A DNA stretch of 64,000 bases from Eledone cirrhosa (Eukaryota), in assembly GCA_964016885.1 (NCBI GenBank), contig OZ024747.1, positions 21,886,001 to 21,950,000 of the forward strand, in the 5' to 3' direction. The position numbers were made by a program, and so were the translations under genes. Positions within the stretch are counted from its first letter, which is position 1. Each line of letters opens with the position of its first letter. The notes under the pieces were generated by a model that saw only the letters and a program-made list of their open reading frames with translations, was not told the DNA's origin and did not search any database. Below, in pieces: positions 1 to 14,040 of this stretch.

Positions 1-49
1 GGGAAGCATGGAGTGTTTTAAAGGTTACAAGATATAAATAAGCAATAAA

Positions 50-610
50 CAGACACACTCACTCACACACACTCACACATACACACACTCACACATACAC
101 ACACTAACACACATACACTCACACTCACACACATATACATACACTCACTCACTCACACACACTCACACATACACTCTTACACTCACACACTCATACACTC
201 ACACATACACACACACACTCACACTTACACATACACACACTCACACATACACACACTCTTACACACATACACGCACACACACACACATATATACACACTC
301 ACTCACTCACACACACAAACTCACACACACACTCACATATACACACTCACACACACACTCACATACACACACCCACACTCACTGACACACACTCACACAC
401 TCACACACTCACACATACACTCTTACACTCACACACTCATACACTCACACACACATTCACACACACACTCATTCACACACACTCACACTCACACTCACAC
501 ATACACACACACACTTACACACATACACTCGCACACACACACATATACACACACTCACTCACACACACACACACTCTCTCTCACACACACATACACACAC
601 ATACACACCA
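50..610. repeat. Degenerate (CA)n/(CACT)n microsatellite
   Basis: Continuous CA/CACT/CATA repeats. Confidence 0.95.
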
Positions 611-689
611 TTTGCTCTGCTAAGGCCTTGCAAGCTCCACTATTTTGTCTTTTTATCTGCACCCTACTCCCCTCGTTAACCTTGACTTA

Positions 690-1563
690 TCATCATCATC
701 ATCACCGTTTTACGTCCGTTCTTCCACGCTAGCATGGGTTAGACGGGTTGTCCTGTTGTGGGCAGTGTCTGGTCGGCTGACCATGCCTTGTCATACAGGA
801 ACTGATTTGGCTTGATTTCTACAGCTGGATGCCCTTCCTAACACCAACCTCATTTACAGTGAGTGCTGGGTGCTTTTTCGTGGCACCTACATGTCCACTT
901 TACAGTGTGGGCTGGGTGCTTTTTTGCCGTGGCACCTCCACGACCACCTTGCAGTGGGGGGTGTGGGGGCATATTGTCTATATGCTTCAGCTTGTACCCA
1001 TGGGAGGTCGGGTACTCTGTATTACTGCATGACGCCAGAGGTCACGGTTGTGTGCCTTTGAGAGGTGTAATTGGGTAAAGTCGGCTTTTATCACCTCATC
1101 CCAGGTCATCTCGGATCTCCCCACTCCGCGGTTTCCATCGACTTCTAGTGCTCTGCATCTTTTTATGCAGCTGTCATCCTTCATACGCATCACACGTCCA
1201 TACCAGCGCAACCGTCTCTCCTGCACACAGCATTTGATTCCTCTTATGCTCAGTCTCTCTCTCAATTCATTTATGCTTTGTCGTTCACGTATATTACTGT
1301 TACACATCCATCGGAGCATGCAGGCTTCGTTTCTCTCTAATCTACGTAAGTCTTCCACCTTCAGCGCCCAGGTCTCACTACCATGCAACATCGCTGTTCG
1401 GATACACGCATCATACAGTCTGCCTTTCATTCTGAGGGAGAAGCCTTTTGCAGCTAGTAGTGGTAGTAGTTCCCTAAACTTCTTCCATCCCGTTCTTACC
1501 CTAGTTATTGTACTTTCTGAACACCCACCTCCGCTGCTAATTCGGTCACCTAGGTAGCAGAAG

Positions 1564-1566
<3 letters not shown>
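690..1566 (-). mobile_element. 5'-truncated RTE-clade LINE (C-terminal ORF, 3' UTR, (TGA)n tail)
   Basis: ORF 987-1430(-) [20 protein letters not shown]...RRLRWYG is near-identical to the C-terminus of the 4221-7997 element; (CAT)n at about 690-705 is the tail on the minus strand. Confidence 0.92.
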
Positions 1567-1621
<55 letters not shown>

Positions 1622-1629
1622 TTTGGATA

Positions 1630-1675
<46 letters not shown>

Positions 1676-1763
1676 TCATCTAATGTAAACTATGAAGCTC
1701 ATTGAGTTGTGTGTTCTATCATGTTTAAGTTTAATAAACTATATATGTAATATATCATGTAAA

Positions 1764-2600
1764 GGTGTGTGGCTCAGTGGTTAGGGTGTTTGGTTCATGA
1801 TTATATGGTTGTGAGTGTGATTCCCAGACTGGGAAATGTGTTGTGTCTTTGAGCAAGACACTTTATTTTACATTGTTGGCAAAAATAAGTTCATCATCAT
1901 CATCGATTAACGTCTCTCTTATACGCTAGCATGGATTAGCTGGGTTTATCCCATTTAGAGGCAAGTTGGGTCGGGTGACCATGTCTCACTCATATAGGAG
2001 TGTTTCTGATTGGTTTTCTATGGTTGGATGCCCTACCTAATGCTAACCACAGTGACAGTGTGTGCTGGGTGCTTTTTGCCATATCTTTTACACGTCCACT
2101 TTACAGTGTGGGCTGGGTGTTTGGGGGCTGGATTTCTATGGCTGGATGTCCTTCCTAATGCCAAACACATTGACAGTGTGGGCTGGGTTCTTTTTTATGA
2201 CACCTACATGATCACTTTACAGTTGTACTTATAATTCAAAAGGTCAGCCTTGTCACACATTGTGTCACTGAATCTCCCTGAGAACTACATTAACCCTTTA
2301 GTATTTACACTGGTTGTAACCAGCTGAATTCTTTCACCTCTTTCTGCTCATACTGATGTTATGGCATTGTTCTCAAAACAAATAATATAGAAATCTCATA
2401 GATTCGATATTATGTGAAGTAAAGCCTTTACTGTGAAAATACAATAGTAAATATAGAGTAATGTAAATGCTAAAGGGTGAAGGGTGCTTATATCTATGAA
2501 ATGCTCAGCCACTAACAAGTTAATTGAACAAGCAGGCAGTTCTATTGATTAAAATAACTGTCAGAAATGACAGATGTCTATCAATGACAATGTGATATCT
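1764..2600 (+). mobile_element. tRNA-derived CORE-type SINE interrupted by an RTE 3' UTR fragment (about 1892-2220, minus) and a TTAA MITE
   Basis: A-box TGGCTCAGTGG, CORE-like GTGTCTTTGAGCAAGACACTT; the body resumes at about 2232 and 2482 and matches the uninterrupted copy at 20711-21005. Confidence 0.75.
2294..2477. mobile_element. piggyBac-like MITE
   Basis: TIRs CCCTTTAGTATTTAC / GTAAATGCTAAAGGG, flanked by TTAA and TGAA; a partial inverted copy lies at about 25244-25375. Confidence 0.75.
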
Positions 2601-2701
2601 CTTATACTTAAATTTATTTACATCCTTCGTTATACAAAAACATCCTTCATTATACAAATCAAAATGCTCTACATCCAGGTGTTCAGTTATTGAGTCTAAT
2701 A

Positions 2702-3020
2702 CAGGGGCGTGCAACATATTCCATTGATGGGCCACTTTTGAACATTGGAACAACTATTAGGGCCGTTAATATTTATTAAACACTATTCCAAAGATTCACC
2801 ACAACTTCTTTCCATAACATGGAACTGGGAAATTATAACACACATAACCCTATCAGTGAAGCCCTTTAGTATAGGTCAACTAACAGAATATTGTATTGCA
2901 GTTACAAAAAAAATTCTAAATAAGCCTACAAGGTAAACATTTTAAATGGTCATCATGGGCCACTCTGACTGCTCTGGTGGGCCAGATTGTGGCCCATGGG
3001 CTGTCTGTTGTATGCCCCTG
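2702..3020. mobile_element. hAT-type MITE
   Basis: TIRs CAGGGGCGTGCAAC / GTTGTATGCCCCTG with a perfect 8-bp TSD GTCTAATA (2694-2701, 3021-3028). Confidence 0.88.
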
Positions 3021-4179
3021 GTCTAATACTAGTATATAATGCCTAACATCATCAAGGGCTGATTGTGGATTATATAAATACAATACTTAATATATCAATA
3101 CTCTGATCTAGACAATATTTTAATTTTTTATTTATTTGTTTTACTGTTTTCTTTTTTTAAAATTTTTATTATAAATCCTTTAAAAACATGGAATATTTCT
3201 TACTTTTGTTTTCAAGATTTTCATTGGGTTTTTGGTTGGAGAGGAAGCTGAATGCTACATACTACAATTTTCTGGTTGTCAGGAGAAAAATCCAGATATT
3301 TGGGGAATGTCATTTGTGGTAGACTGGCATCTCATCCTGAGACAGATCCATCTCTCATTTGCTTAATCCTAATAAGGTCAGTGCTGAAAGTCAAACAATA
3401 TCAAACATCATCAAGTTATAGATTATGCAAGATCCCTAATGGCATAAAATGATATTTTATACTGTTACAGGGAAAATATAAACCAAGACATTGAAATATC
3501 ATACAGCTTAAGATTATATACAATGCTAAGATAGAGAAACAAATGATGAAATTGGAATGAGATATATAAGAACTGAAGAAAAGGAAAATAAATATTGGTT
3601 TTTAGCACTGGCATTAACTCTTAGGTTTATAAGATGGCAAAATAACATTTGGTGACTTTTTTTTTATATATAAAAAAAATGTGGAATGGCTACAACCCAA
3701 AATTGAAACTGGGTCATTGAAGATGAATACCAAAATTATGTACCATAATTGAAGTACTGAGTGGTACTGGTTAAAGTGTTGTATTACTAATCCAAAGGTC
3801 ACTAGTATAAATCTTGTCACAAACATTGTTCTGTATTTTTAGTCAACATCTTCTGTTCATAGAGTTTCAGTTAATTTAGATATAAAATAGATACTGTATT
3901 TATTTTATATACTGAAGTAGTTGGCATTTGGTTGGTGTGGGGAAGACATAGTAATTTATACGAATGTCTACATTTGTAGAATCTTCCAAACTATGCACAC
4001 TTACAGAATCAGGGCAATTAGATTAAAATATAAAGACCTTCTTAGTTTTATTTTAACAATTTTGATGCCAATTGCCCTAAATTGCCTCTGATTCTGTGAA
4101 ACAAGTGAGTGAAGCTCTCTTGTATTAGTTGGGTTTACTAGTATTCTACTCGATGGAGACTTTGTATAAGTTATTCTAT

Positions 4180-4220
<41 letters not shown>

Positions 4221-4223
<3 letters not shown>

Positions 4224-7200
4224 TCCTATTCTGGTATGGCTGCTTCCATGGTATAATGTAACGTACAAATATTTTGTCCATTCTCCTCTCCATTTTAATT
4301 CATTAGTCCATTCATTCGCCATTCTCTATCGTTTTTTCCCCGATACTATCGCTTACCTAGTTGCCTTTCAATATGATGGATGGACTACGGAATTCTGGAG
4401 AGTTGAAGAGAGAAAAATCTGGACGCTCAGCGACAATGCCAATGCCAAAGATAAAGACAAATTCACCTCGTGGACGAGAATGCAAGCACTCCTCCTTGTT
4501 TCGGCCGCGGATGGCTAACATAACCCCCGTGCCCCACCGCTCCCACCCTCCAAACTCAATCCAAAACTTCAGAGTTGGTACCATGAATGATACCTTAAAG
4601 GGTCGCTCTAACGAGGTTGTAGAATTGCTTAAACGTAAGGAGGTCGATGTTTGTTGTATTCAAGAGACCAGGTGGAGGGGTGGTTCTGCTAGATTCATGG
4701 TGGGTAAAGAACGATGCTATAAGCTTTTCTGGGTGGGAAATGACAATGGGCTGGGTGGAGTAGGAATCATGGTAGCAGAAAAGTGAGCAGATAAGATAAT
4801 AGACGTAAATAGAGTGAACGACAGAATAATTAAAGTAAGACTTGTCCTCAATAGAACTACGGTGACAGTAATATCTGCGTACGCACCCCAATCCGGACTG
4901 TCCGGCACTATAAAAGACAGATTCTATGAGACACTGATGCTCACTACCTCCCAAATAACCGACAGTGACTATATAATTATTGCAGGCGACCTAAATGGTC
5001 ACGTTGGACAACATTGTGATGGCTATGACGGAATCCATGGAGGCTATGGGTTCGGTACTAGAAATGAGGAAGGCTCCAGAATCCTGGAATTCTGTGACGC
5101 AAATAACCTAACTATCTGTAACACTAACTTCAAAAAACGAGACAATCACTTGATCACCTATAGATCGGGGGAACACACAAGCCAGGTAGATTATATCCTT
5201 ACCAGAAGACGTGACAGAGTGTCTGTTGTAAACACTAAATCCCTCCCCCATGAAGAATGCACCTCCCAACATAGACTGATAATTAGCGACCTCATAGTCA
5301 GGACGAGACGTACTAGACAGCAGAAGAAGACTATCCTCAGGAGAAAAATATGGAAGCTAAAGGACCCCACAGCCAGAAATAAATTTCAAAGCATATTACT
5401 TGATGCTTTCGACAGTAAGGAAGAGCAATTAGAGTCGTACAATATAGAGGAACAGTGGGAATTCCTGAAAGCAAACCTGCTGACGGCGGCAGACGAAGTC
5501 TGTGGCTGGAGCAGGCCTGTAGGCAGGAGGAGAGTAACATGGTGGTGGAACAGTAAGGTGGAGGAGTCAATTAAGGCCAAAAAGCAGGCTTGGAAAGTAT
5601 GGCGGGATGGGGGAAGTAGAGAAGACTATCAAGTGGCCAGGAGGGAAGCTAGGAGACAAGTGTACTTCGCAAGAAGGGAAGCAGAGGAAAGAAAGTTCAA
5701 GCATGTTCTACAACGTGAGGACCAAAAACGTGAGGTGTTCAGGATTGCTAGGCAATGTGTCAAGGAAAACCGTGATATTGTCGGGGAGAAGTGTGTACTT
5801 AATGATGATGGCGTACTTGCCATCACTGACGCTGATAAGAAGGTAGCTTGGAAGTGTCACTACGAAAGGCTTCTAAATGAGGAGAATAAATGGGAGAAAG
5901 ACAGTCTCCCCCACATCGACCCAATAGAGGGACCAGCAGTGTTAATCGAAGGTAGTATAATAAGTAAGGCAATCAAAGATATGAAGACGGGTAAGGCGGC
6001 TGGGCCTTCGGAAATAGTTGCCGAGATGCTGAAAGCCTCTGGAACGGTGGGATACACCATGGTCACCCGGATAGTAAACCAAGTCATACAGAATGGGGTT
6101 GTTCCGAAGGACTGGCGTAGCAGCAGCATCATCATTAACTGTTACAAGGGTAAAGGAGATGCCCTAGATAGGAGTAACTATAGAGGCATTAAATTAATCG
6201 ACCAGGTCATGAAGGTCACGGAAAAAGTAATAGCGCAACTAATCAGAGAGAGAATTGATCTAGATGAAATGCAGTTCGGGTTTGTGTCAGGCAAAAGTAC
6301 CACAGACGCTCTTTTCATTGTACGACAACTACAGGAGAAGTACCTAGCTAAAAGTAAACCCCTATACTTAGCTTTTGTCGACTTGGAGAAAGCCTTCGAC
6401 AGAGTCCCCCGTTCCATTATCTGGTGGGCTCTTAGAAAACTAGGTGTTGATGAATGGCTTGTGAGAGCTATACAAGCCATGTATAAAGAAACAGTCAGCA
6501 AGGTTAGAATTAACAACGAATATAGTGAAGAGTTTAGCGTAAAAGTTGGTGTTCATCAGGGCTCTGTTCTTAGCCCCCTACTATTTATTATTGCCCTTCA
6601 GGCTATAACAGTGGAGTTCAAGACCGGCTGCCCATGGGATCTCCTATACGCAGATGATCTAACGCTCATAGCTGAATCAATGGCCGAGCTAGAGAAGAAA
6701 TTCCAAACATGGAAGCACGGCCTAGAATCAAAAGGCCTTAAAATTAACCTGGCTAAGACTAAAGTTCTAGTTTGTAGGAAAGAAAATAAGGCGCCGGTCC
6801 CTTCCGGGAAATGGCCATGCTCAGTGTGTAGGAAAGGCGTAGGTAGAAACTCCATTCTATGTCCCAAATGCAAAGTATGGGTGCATAAAAGATGTAGTGG
6901 GATCACAGGTAAGCTAACTAAGAACATAGATTTTACATGTGGCCGGTGCTCTGGTGCAATAAGTAGCAGCAAGTGCCCACAAAATACTAGCTCTTTCAAT
7001 TGCGCAGAGGTTTCTATAGAAATAGTGGACAGCTTCCGTTACCTGGGTGACAAAATCAGCAGTGGGGGAGGGTGCTCTGAAAGTACAGTAGCTAGAGTCA
7101 GAACTGGATGAAAAAAGTTCAGAGAGCCTATACCACTATTAGCCGCTAAAGGGTTCTCCCTAAAAATGAAAGGCAGGTTGTATGATGCCTGCATACGAAC

Positions 7201-7997
7201 AGCAATGTTGCATGGCAGTGAGACCTGGGCATTGTGTGCAGAGGATATACACAGACTAGAGAAGAACGAAGCTTGCATGCTCCGCTGGATGTGTAATAGT
7301 AATATATGTGAACGGCAAAGCATAAACGAACTAAGGGAAAAATTAGAAATAAGAGGGATCAGATGTTGTTTACTCGAGAGAAGGCTACGTTGGTATGGTC
7401 ACGTGATGCGCATGAAAGACGACAGCTGTATAAAAAAAAGTGCAGGGCAATAAAGATAGACGGTAGCCACGGAGTAGGCAGACCCAGAAAAACCTGGGAC
7501 GACCTGATAAATTCCGACCTCACACACTTACACCTCTCCAAGACAATGTCACTGGACCGAGATCTTTGGTGGTACTCAGTAATAGAGAAGACCCGCCTTA
7601 CCTAAATGCAAAGTAAAACCTACTACAGTCAGTAGGCATCTCTAACAAAATATACCCCCGTCCCACCACCCCCACCCCATCCACACCGCCCCTTTCAATG
7701 TAAAGTTATGTTGGTGTCACAACATCCAGGCCGAAACAAATGAGATCGTGGAGGTGTCACGACAAAAAAAACACACAGTCCACGCTGTAATGTGGCCGTG
7801 TAGGCAACACGGTAAAAACCTCCCAGTCCCACACTGTAAATGTGGTTGGTGTTAGGAAGGACATCCAGTTGTAGAAAACCCGCCAGACAGTCCTATGTGA
7901 GCAAGACAACCACTCTTGCCTCAAGTGGGAAAACTCCCGTCCAAACCCATGCAAGCGTGGAACATGGACGTTAAACGATGATGATGATGATGATGAT
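4221..7997 (+). mobile_element. Near full-length RTE-clade LINE
   Basis: 5' UTR, APE endonuclease-RT ORF, 3' UTR ending GGACGTTAAACGA(TGA)n. Confidence 0.95.
4361..7605 (+). pseudogene. RTE ORF: APE endonuclease, reverse transcriptase and PHD-like Cys/His finger; two in-frame TGA stops and one frameshift
   Basis: VCCIQETRW, IIAGDLNGHVG, SQVDYIL (endonuclease); DLEKAFDRVP, GVHQGSVLSP, LLYADD (RT); CSVC...CPKC...HKRC...CGRC. ORFs 4361, 4814 and 7166 share one frame, with stops at 4784 and 7109 and a shift in the A-run near 7432-7439. Confidence 0.93.
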
Positions 7998-7998
7998 A

Positions 7999-8197
7999 GA
8001 ATAAGGAAAAGCGAAGTAGTTTCAGATGTTCAAGTCCTTTAATAATAATGCTGTGATATATATTTCACACCATTATTATTAAAGGACTTGAACATCTGAA
8101 ACTACCTCGCTTTTCCTTATTCGATATTTACTCCGTCACTCCTATGTGGAAAAAGTACGTTGAGTGCTTGATTTGAATTGCATCAATATTTACCCTA
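7999..8197 (+). mobile_element. Fold-back PLE-terminus-like element with tail
   Basis: Near-perfect palindrome 7999-8122, then tail TATTTACTCC...GTTGAGTGCTT, then (TA)n. Confidence 0.6.
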
Positions 8198-8738
8198 ATA
8201 TATATATAGTTAAAAGAATAGAGGTGCAACACACAAGTTATTATATATTGGTAAACGGAATAGAAAATGCTGACAAATTGTTCACAGTTGAAAAATGGTT
8301 TAATTAGGAATAAAAGAGTATTAGTAATTGTATGGGTTAGTATTCAGTTGTGGTTTTAAGTTTTTAAGTTTTTACCGGTTGCGCATTTCTAAATGCTTTT
8401 CAAAAATAATTTTGAGATAGAGTGTCCGTGTTGTTTGCTCTGATCTGATTAGTTTTGGGAATTCTACCTGTTTTTATGTTAAAAAAGTGGCTCCAGCGCT
8501 ACTTTGGTGTTGCAAAAATTCTTGTGGTCAAAACAATTTTGATTGGTCGGTAGAGGTCATGTGAATGTAAAAAATTGATTTTGCACCAAGACTGTTTTTA
8601 TGTTAAAAAAGTGGCTCCAGCGCTACTTGGTGTTTGCAAAAATTTTTGTGGTCAAAACAATTTTAATTGGTCGGTAGAGGTTATGTGAATAAAAAATTGG
8701 TTTTGCGCCAAGATTGAGAAATGACTCTTTCACAACAA

Positions 8739-8774
<36 letters not shown>

Positions 8775-8843
8775 TAGTAGTAAGGTGCTCGATGTTGTGA
8801 TAATGGTTAGCAGGGATGTGTGTCAAATGGCTATTAAGATAAG

Positions 8844-8881
<38 letters not shown>

Positions 8882-9226
8882 GCAGAGTAATTCGTGGTAG
8901 CAGGGATGGGCAGTAAGAATGTGTCTGTAAGCAATGGGGGGTATTTTAGCATGTCAAAAGATATTTTTCAGCTTTTGTCTTATACGGAGAAGTGCGTGTG
9001 TGTGTATAAGTCTCTTTGTATGTTAATGTACGCGTGTGTATGTGTGTGTGTATATATGTGTGTGTGTATGTGTGGGTGGACCAGTATTTTTTTCCCCCTG
9101 GTAAAATGGTGTACATTATTCGATTTTTTCAGTAAAATCGGTTCTCTTAATAGAACATCAAAAATCTTAACAATAAAAGGTGTGAAATGATATTCACTAT
9201 ATATATATACACATACATATATTCAC

Positions 9227-9305
<79 letters not shown>

Positions 9306-9423
9306 TTTTTTTGTGTTGCACCATAGAGCATGTGTGTTTACGTATGTTATTGTGTTTATATGTGGGTAGAGATGTGTGCTGATGTAGGTATGTATGTTGA
9401 CGTGTGTATGTTGTGGGTTCGTC

Positions 9424-11571
9424 TTAGGGAGAAGTGTTTAGACGGGGTCCGTATTTGTTAATGAAGTAAGATTCCTTGCTGATGCGCTGGGTGTGGGTGG
9501 CATTATCTTTAAATTTGTAGAGGGGAAAGATTCTGAAGTTGGGATGATTTTGGGCGGCACAGGTATCAATGTGTTCACTCAGTGGTATTTTCCTGTATTC
9601 CCGTATTTTAATTTGGGATCTATGGACAGTCATGCGTTGGCGGAGGCTGTTTTTGGTCTGGCCTATGTATTGTTCTCGACAACCTGAGCAAGTTAATACA
9701 TATATTAGATTTTCCGATGCACATGTGAAATTGTGTTTTACTATAAAACGTTGTCCTTCTTTGAAATAGAATTCCGAACCCTCTATTAGGTTGATGCAAA
9801 TGCCACAGTTGGGTCTATCGCATTTTTTTACTGTGGGTTTCGTTGTTGCGGTTGGCAGTACTTTGGCATGTGTTAGGATGTTTTTCATTGACTTGGATTG
9901 TCTTTTGCTCTTTATGATATCGTGTGTTCGTAGGATTTGGTTCATTCTATGGTCCTTTTTCAACACATGGATGTTCTGGAGGATGGTGTCAAAGGCCTCA
10001 TTGTTGAGGGGGTTGTGTGTGGAGATGTATGGAAGAGCTTTTAGTTTCGGTTGATTTACTTTAGGGTGTCTAAGGTCCTGGGTACTGAGTTTTAGGGTAT
10101 GTTGGATTCCATTGTCAATTAGTGATGCAGGGTAGTCCCTGCCTATGAGTGTGTCCTTTAGTTCTTGTAGCCGTAAGTAGCAGATGTTTTTATTGGAGAC
10201 TATAGTACAGATTCTCTTGGCTAAGTTGTAGGGAATATTAATTTTAACGTGTCTAGGGTGGCAAGAGTTGAAAGGGAGATATTGCTTGGAGTCTGTGGGC
10301 TTGTAGTATATGTCTGTTTCTATTTTTTTGTTATGGATCTTAATGAGGATGTCGAGGAAGGGGAGTTGTTGATGGCTGTATTCCATCATGAAGTTAATAT
10401 TCGTGTTGAGCCCATTTATAAGGGTGTGAAATTCTTTAAGTTTTTCGATGTTTTCGTGCCAAAGGATGAAGCAGTCATCTAGATATCGCTTCCAGTTCCT
10501 TTCAATGTGTAAGTGGAGGGTGTTTCCAAATTTGTTTAGGACTTTAGTGTAGAGGGTGATTTCCAGGTATCCCATGACTAGGTTGGCATAAGTGGGGGCT
10601 GTTTTCGTTCCCATAGCGGTCCCAGATTTTTGCCTGTAGGGTTTGTTATTGAAAACGAAGTAATTGTTCTCCAAGATAAATTTGAGTCCCTCTATCACGA
10701 ATTCTTTTTTGATGCGTTGTGGGAGTTCTTTGTGGTAATTATCCAGCCAGAATTGGATAGCTTCTATTCCTAGGTTGTGGGGGATGTTGGAGTATAGGTT
10801 GACTACATCGAACGTCACTAGTAGGGTTTGTTCAGAAAGTGGCATATTAGGGAGGTGATTGAGCATATCTAGGTCGTCCCTTATATAGCTTTTGATGTGT
10901 TTGAGGAAGGGTTTGAGAAGGGTATCAATGAAGTTGCTAAGGCGGTGGGTTTCGCAAGCGGGGCCTGCTATTATAGGTCTTAATTTGAGATCATTGGGTG
11001 AGGGGACATTGATGACTATGTCTGTGGCTTCCTTGCATGCCTTACTTATTGATTCGCTTTTATGTACTTTAGGGATACCGTAGAAAAGGCTGGATTTACT
11101 TGTGAAGTCTGTGATGAAGCTGAATTCCTTGTTAGTGAGTCCTTCTTTGTATTGGTTGATTAGAGTTTTTAGGTTTCTCATAATTTTCTGTTGATTGTAG
11201 TGTTCAGCCTTTTCGTAGTATGTTTCGTTTTCCAAAGTGGAGAGCGCTAAGTTGATATAGAATTCTGTCTCCATTAGGACTACTGTACTCCCTTTATCAG
11301 CCTCTTTAATTGTAATGGTTCTGTCGGTTTTTAATCTATTTAATTCTTCCCATTCTTTCTTGTTGAGGTTTGGCTTGTGTTTTTGTCTGTGCAAGTGTTG
11401 GTAAGGGAAGTTTGTGATGTGTTCACAGAATTCGTCCAGGATTTTATTTCTACCTTTTGAAGGGGTGTAATTGCTTCTATTTCTGGCTAATGATTCATCC
11501 TCATTGTACTGGTCGAATAGTTGTTCACTGAGTCGTAACTTTCTACAGAAGTCTGTGATGTCTTCCTTCAT
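9424..11571 (-). CDS. PLE reverse transcriptase + GIY-YIG endonuclease (C-terminal part of the element ORF)
   Basis: [42 protein letters not shown]; Cys linker CDRPNCGIC; NLIYVLTC...YIGQT; in-frame upstream LSKGLKFTPTP. Confidence 0.93.
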   Translation of the reverse strand: MKEDITDFCRKLRLSEQLFDQYNEDESLARNRSNYTPSKGRNKILDEFCEHITNFPYQHLHRQKHKPNLNKKEWEELNRLKTDRTITIKEADKGSTVVLMETEFYINLALSTLENETYYEKAEHYNQQKIMRNLKTLINQYKEGLTNKEFSFITDFTSKSSLFYGIPKVHKSESISKACKEATDIVINVPSPNDLKLRPIIAGPACETHRLSNFIDTLLKPFLKHIKSYIRDDLDMLNHLPNMPLSEQTLLVTFDVVNLYSNIPHNLGIEAIQFWLDNYHKELPQRIKKEFVIEGLKFILENNYFVFNNKPYRQKSGTAMGTKTAPTYANLVMGYLEITLYTKVLNKFGNTLHLHIERNWKRYLDDCFILWHENIEKLKEFHTLINGLNTNINFMMEYSHQQLPFLDILIKIHNKKIETDIYYKPTDSKQYLPFNSCHPRHVKINIPYNLAKRICTIVSNKNICYLRLQELKDTLIGRDYPASLIDNGIQHTLKLSTQDLRHPKVNQPKLKALPYISTHNPLNNEAFDTILQNIHVLKKDHRMNQILRTHDIIKSKRQSKSMKNILTHAKVLPTATTKPTVKKCDRPNCGICINLIEGSEFYFKEGQRFIVKHNFTCASENLIYVLTCSGCREQYIGQTKNSLRQRMTVHRSQIKIREYRKIPLSEHIDTCAAQNHPNFRIFPLYKFKDNATHTQRISKESYFINKYGPRLNTSP

Positions 11572-12061
11572 TTCATAGTAGTTAGGACGTAGTGGGGTCG
11601 GTGTGAATTTAAGACCTTTGGAGAGTAAGTTGCTAAGGTTGGGTGTTGGTTCTGCACTAGTAAGATTGATAATTTTTATTACTATCGGTTTCTCCTCCCT
11701 GTCTTGTGTTATTTTGTTTGCCTGTATCTGTTTACTGTGTCTAAAAAATGGTTGGGGTAGAGGGGTTGTTTGCTGATGTTAAGTGGTCTCCTGTGTTTGT
11801 TATATTCCTTGTTGTTGTAAAATGTGGTTCGGGTTGGTGGTTGTAGATTGAATGGGGTGTTCCTGTTCTGCGAGTATGGGTGTGCGTTTCTATGTGCCAT
11901 GTTGTATTGTGGTGTTATAAGTGGCCTACGTTGTTGGTTGTATCGTGTGGTGTGGGTTTGTTGTGTATTGTGGAAGTGAGAGTTGAGAAAATGGTAATTA
12001 CCTTGCTGTCCCCTTGAAGCGGGGAAGTTGTTACATCTATCATGGTGGTGGTATATTTTCC

Positions 12062-13000
12062 CTATGTTTGACGATGAGGCATCCGCGTAGTAGTTGAGTG
12101 ATTTGGTATGGTGTTTCCTTGAAGGGGAAAATTGTAAATGTCATTCTGGGGGAGATGATTTCTTGGGTTTTTGTTCCTTCTTATGGTAGCGAGGTTGGGA
12201 AGTTCATCTTCGGTGTGGTGCTTCCTTCTTCGTTTGTTAGAGGCTTGGGGGTTTGAGAAGTTGTTGTGCGGTTCAGTTATGGGTTTTCCTATTTTTATGA
12301 ACGGGTTATTGGAGGTGTAGTCCGTTTGTAGGAACCAAGCGGCACTTTTTTCCCAGCGTTGAAGGGATTTCAGTTCTTCTCTGTTGCAATCCCCTTTCCC
12401 TAATTTGGAGATCTTCTCTACCTTGGGGCCTTCAGTTTTGTTGTTGATTTCCAGGAGGATCTCTTCATCGATGGTTTTGATTTTTTCCTCATTTGTCTGG
12501 GCCCTCAGTTTAAGAAGTTCAATTTCTGTCTTCATTTTTTCCAATGCCATTCTTTCCCTAAGGTGTCTTTGAGGTTCGGGTTCATTTGGAATGGACTTTA
12601 TTTGTAGTTTACGGGGGAGAGTTAGAGGGGCTGAGTTAAGCCATTTTTCATATATCTCTGCTTTGTTGTGATTTTGTATCATCTTCCAGAATGAGAACTT
12701 TCTGTCTCTGAGGGATTTGTTCCATTTTGGAATTGTTCGAATTTTCATTTTGTATGAATCAATCTCACTTGGTTCTTCGTTGGTGTTTCCTGGGTTGGTA
12801 GTAGTGAACATAGTTTGGATAGTATCGCAAAGGTTTTGGAGTTTGTCGCCGATTTCGGAGGGTTTGTATCCGGTGGCGGTTTCCTTATTTGTGGAGTCAA
12901 GTTTGTCGACCAGCAAAGATAGGTTGGTGTTGATTTTCTTGAGTTCCTGTAGGAGCTCTTCATTTGAGTTGATGAGGGTTGTATCCGTTTTTGTTGGCAT
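12062..13000 (-). pseudogene. N-terminal coiled-coil region of the PLE ORF, separated from RT by frameshifts or stops
   Basis: ATG at 13000 just after the pLTR tail; Lys/Glu-rich helical sequence followed by an Asn/Gln/His-rich linker leading into RT. Confidence 0.7.
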
Positions 13001-13367
13001 TTTCTGTATCTCGTGTGAGGATATGATAGTTAAAAGAATAGAGGTGTAACACACAAGTTATTATATATTGGTAAACGGAATAGAAAATGCTGACTATTAA
13101 GAGAACCGATTTTACTGAAAAAATCGAATAATGTACACCATTTTACCAGGGGGAAAAAAATACTGGTCCACCCACACACACACACACACATATATACACA
13201 CACACATACACACGCGTACATTAACATACAAAGAGACTTATACACACACACGCACGTCTCCGTATAAGACAAAAGCTGAAAAATATTTTTGACATGCTAA
13301 AATACCCCCCATTGCTTACAGACACATTCTTACTGCCCATCCCTGCTACCACGAATTACTCTGCTAT

Positions 13368-13415
<48 letters not shown>

Positions 13416-13484
13416 ATCTTAATAGCCATTTGACACACATCCCTGCTAACCATTATCACAACATCGAACACCTTACTACTACTA

Positions 13485-13538
<54 letters not shown>

Positions 13539-14040
13539 GCACACACACATATTTGTTGTGAAAGAGTCATTTCTCAATCTTGGCGCAAAACCAATTTTTT
13601 ATTCACATGACCTCTACCGACCAATCAAAATTGTTTTGACCACAAAAATTTTTGCAAACACCAAGTAGCGCTGGAGCCACTCTTTTAACATAAAAACAGT
13701 CTTGGCGCAAAATCAATTTTTTACATTCACATGACCTCTACCGACCAATCAAAATTGTTTTGACCACAAGAATTTTTGCAACACCAAAGTAGCGCTGGAG
13801 CCACTTTTTTAACATAAAAACAGGTAAAATTCCCCAAAACTAATCAGATCAGAGCAAACAGCACGGACACTCTATCTCAAAATTATTTTTGAAAAGCATT
13901 TAGAAATGCGCAACCGGTAAAAACTTAAAAACTTAAAACCACAACTGAATACTAACCCATACAATTACTAATACTCTTTTATTCCTAATTAAACCATTTT
14001 TCAACTGTAAACAATTTGTCAGCATTTTCTATTCCGTTTA

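Noticed and set aside
3220-3830. Possible host exons
   Set aside because: No sustained reading frame, recognisable domain or consistent splice pattern
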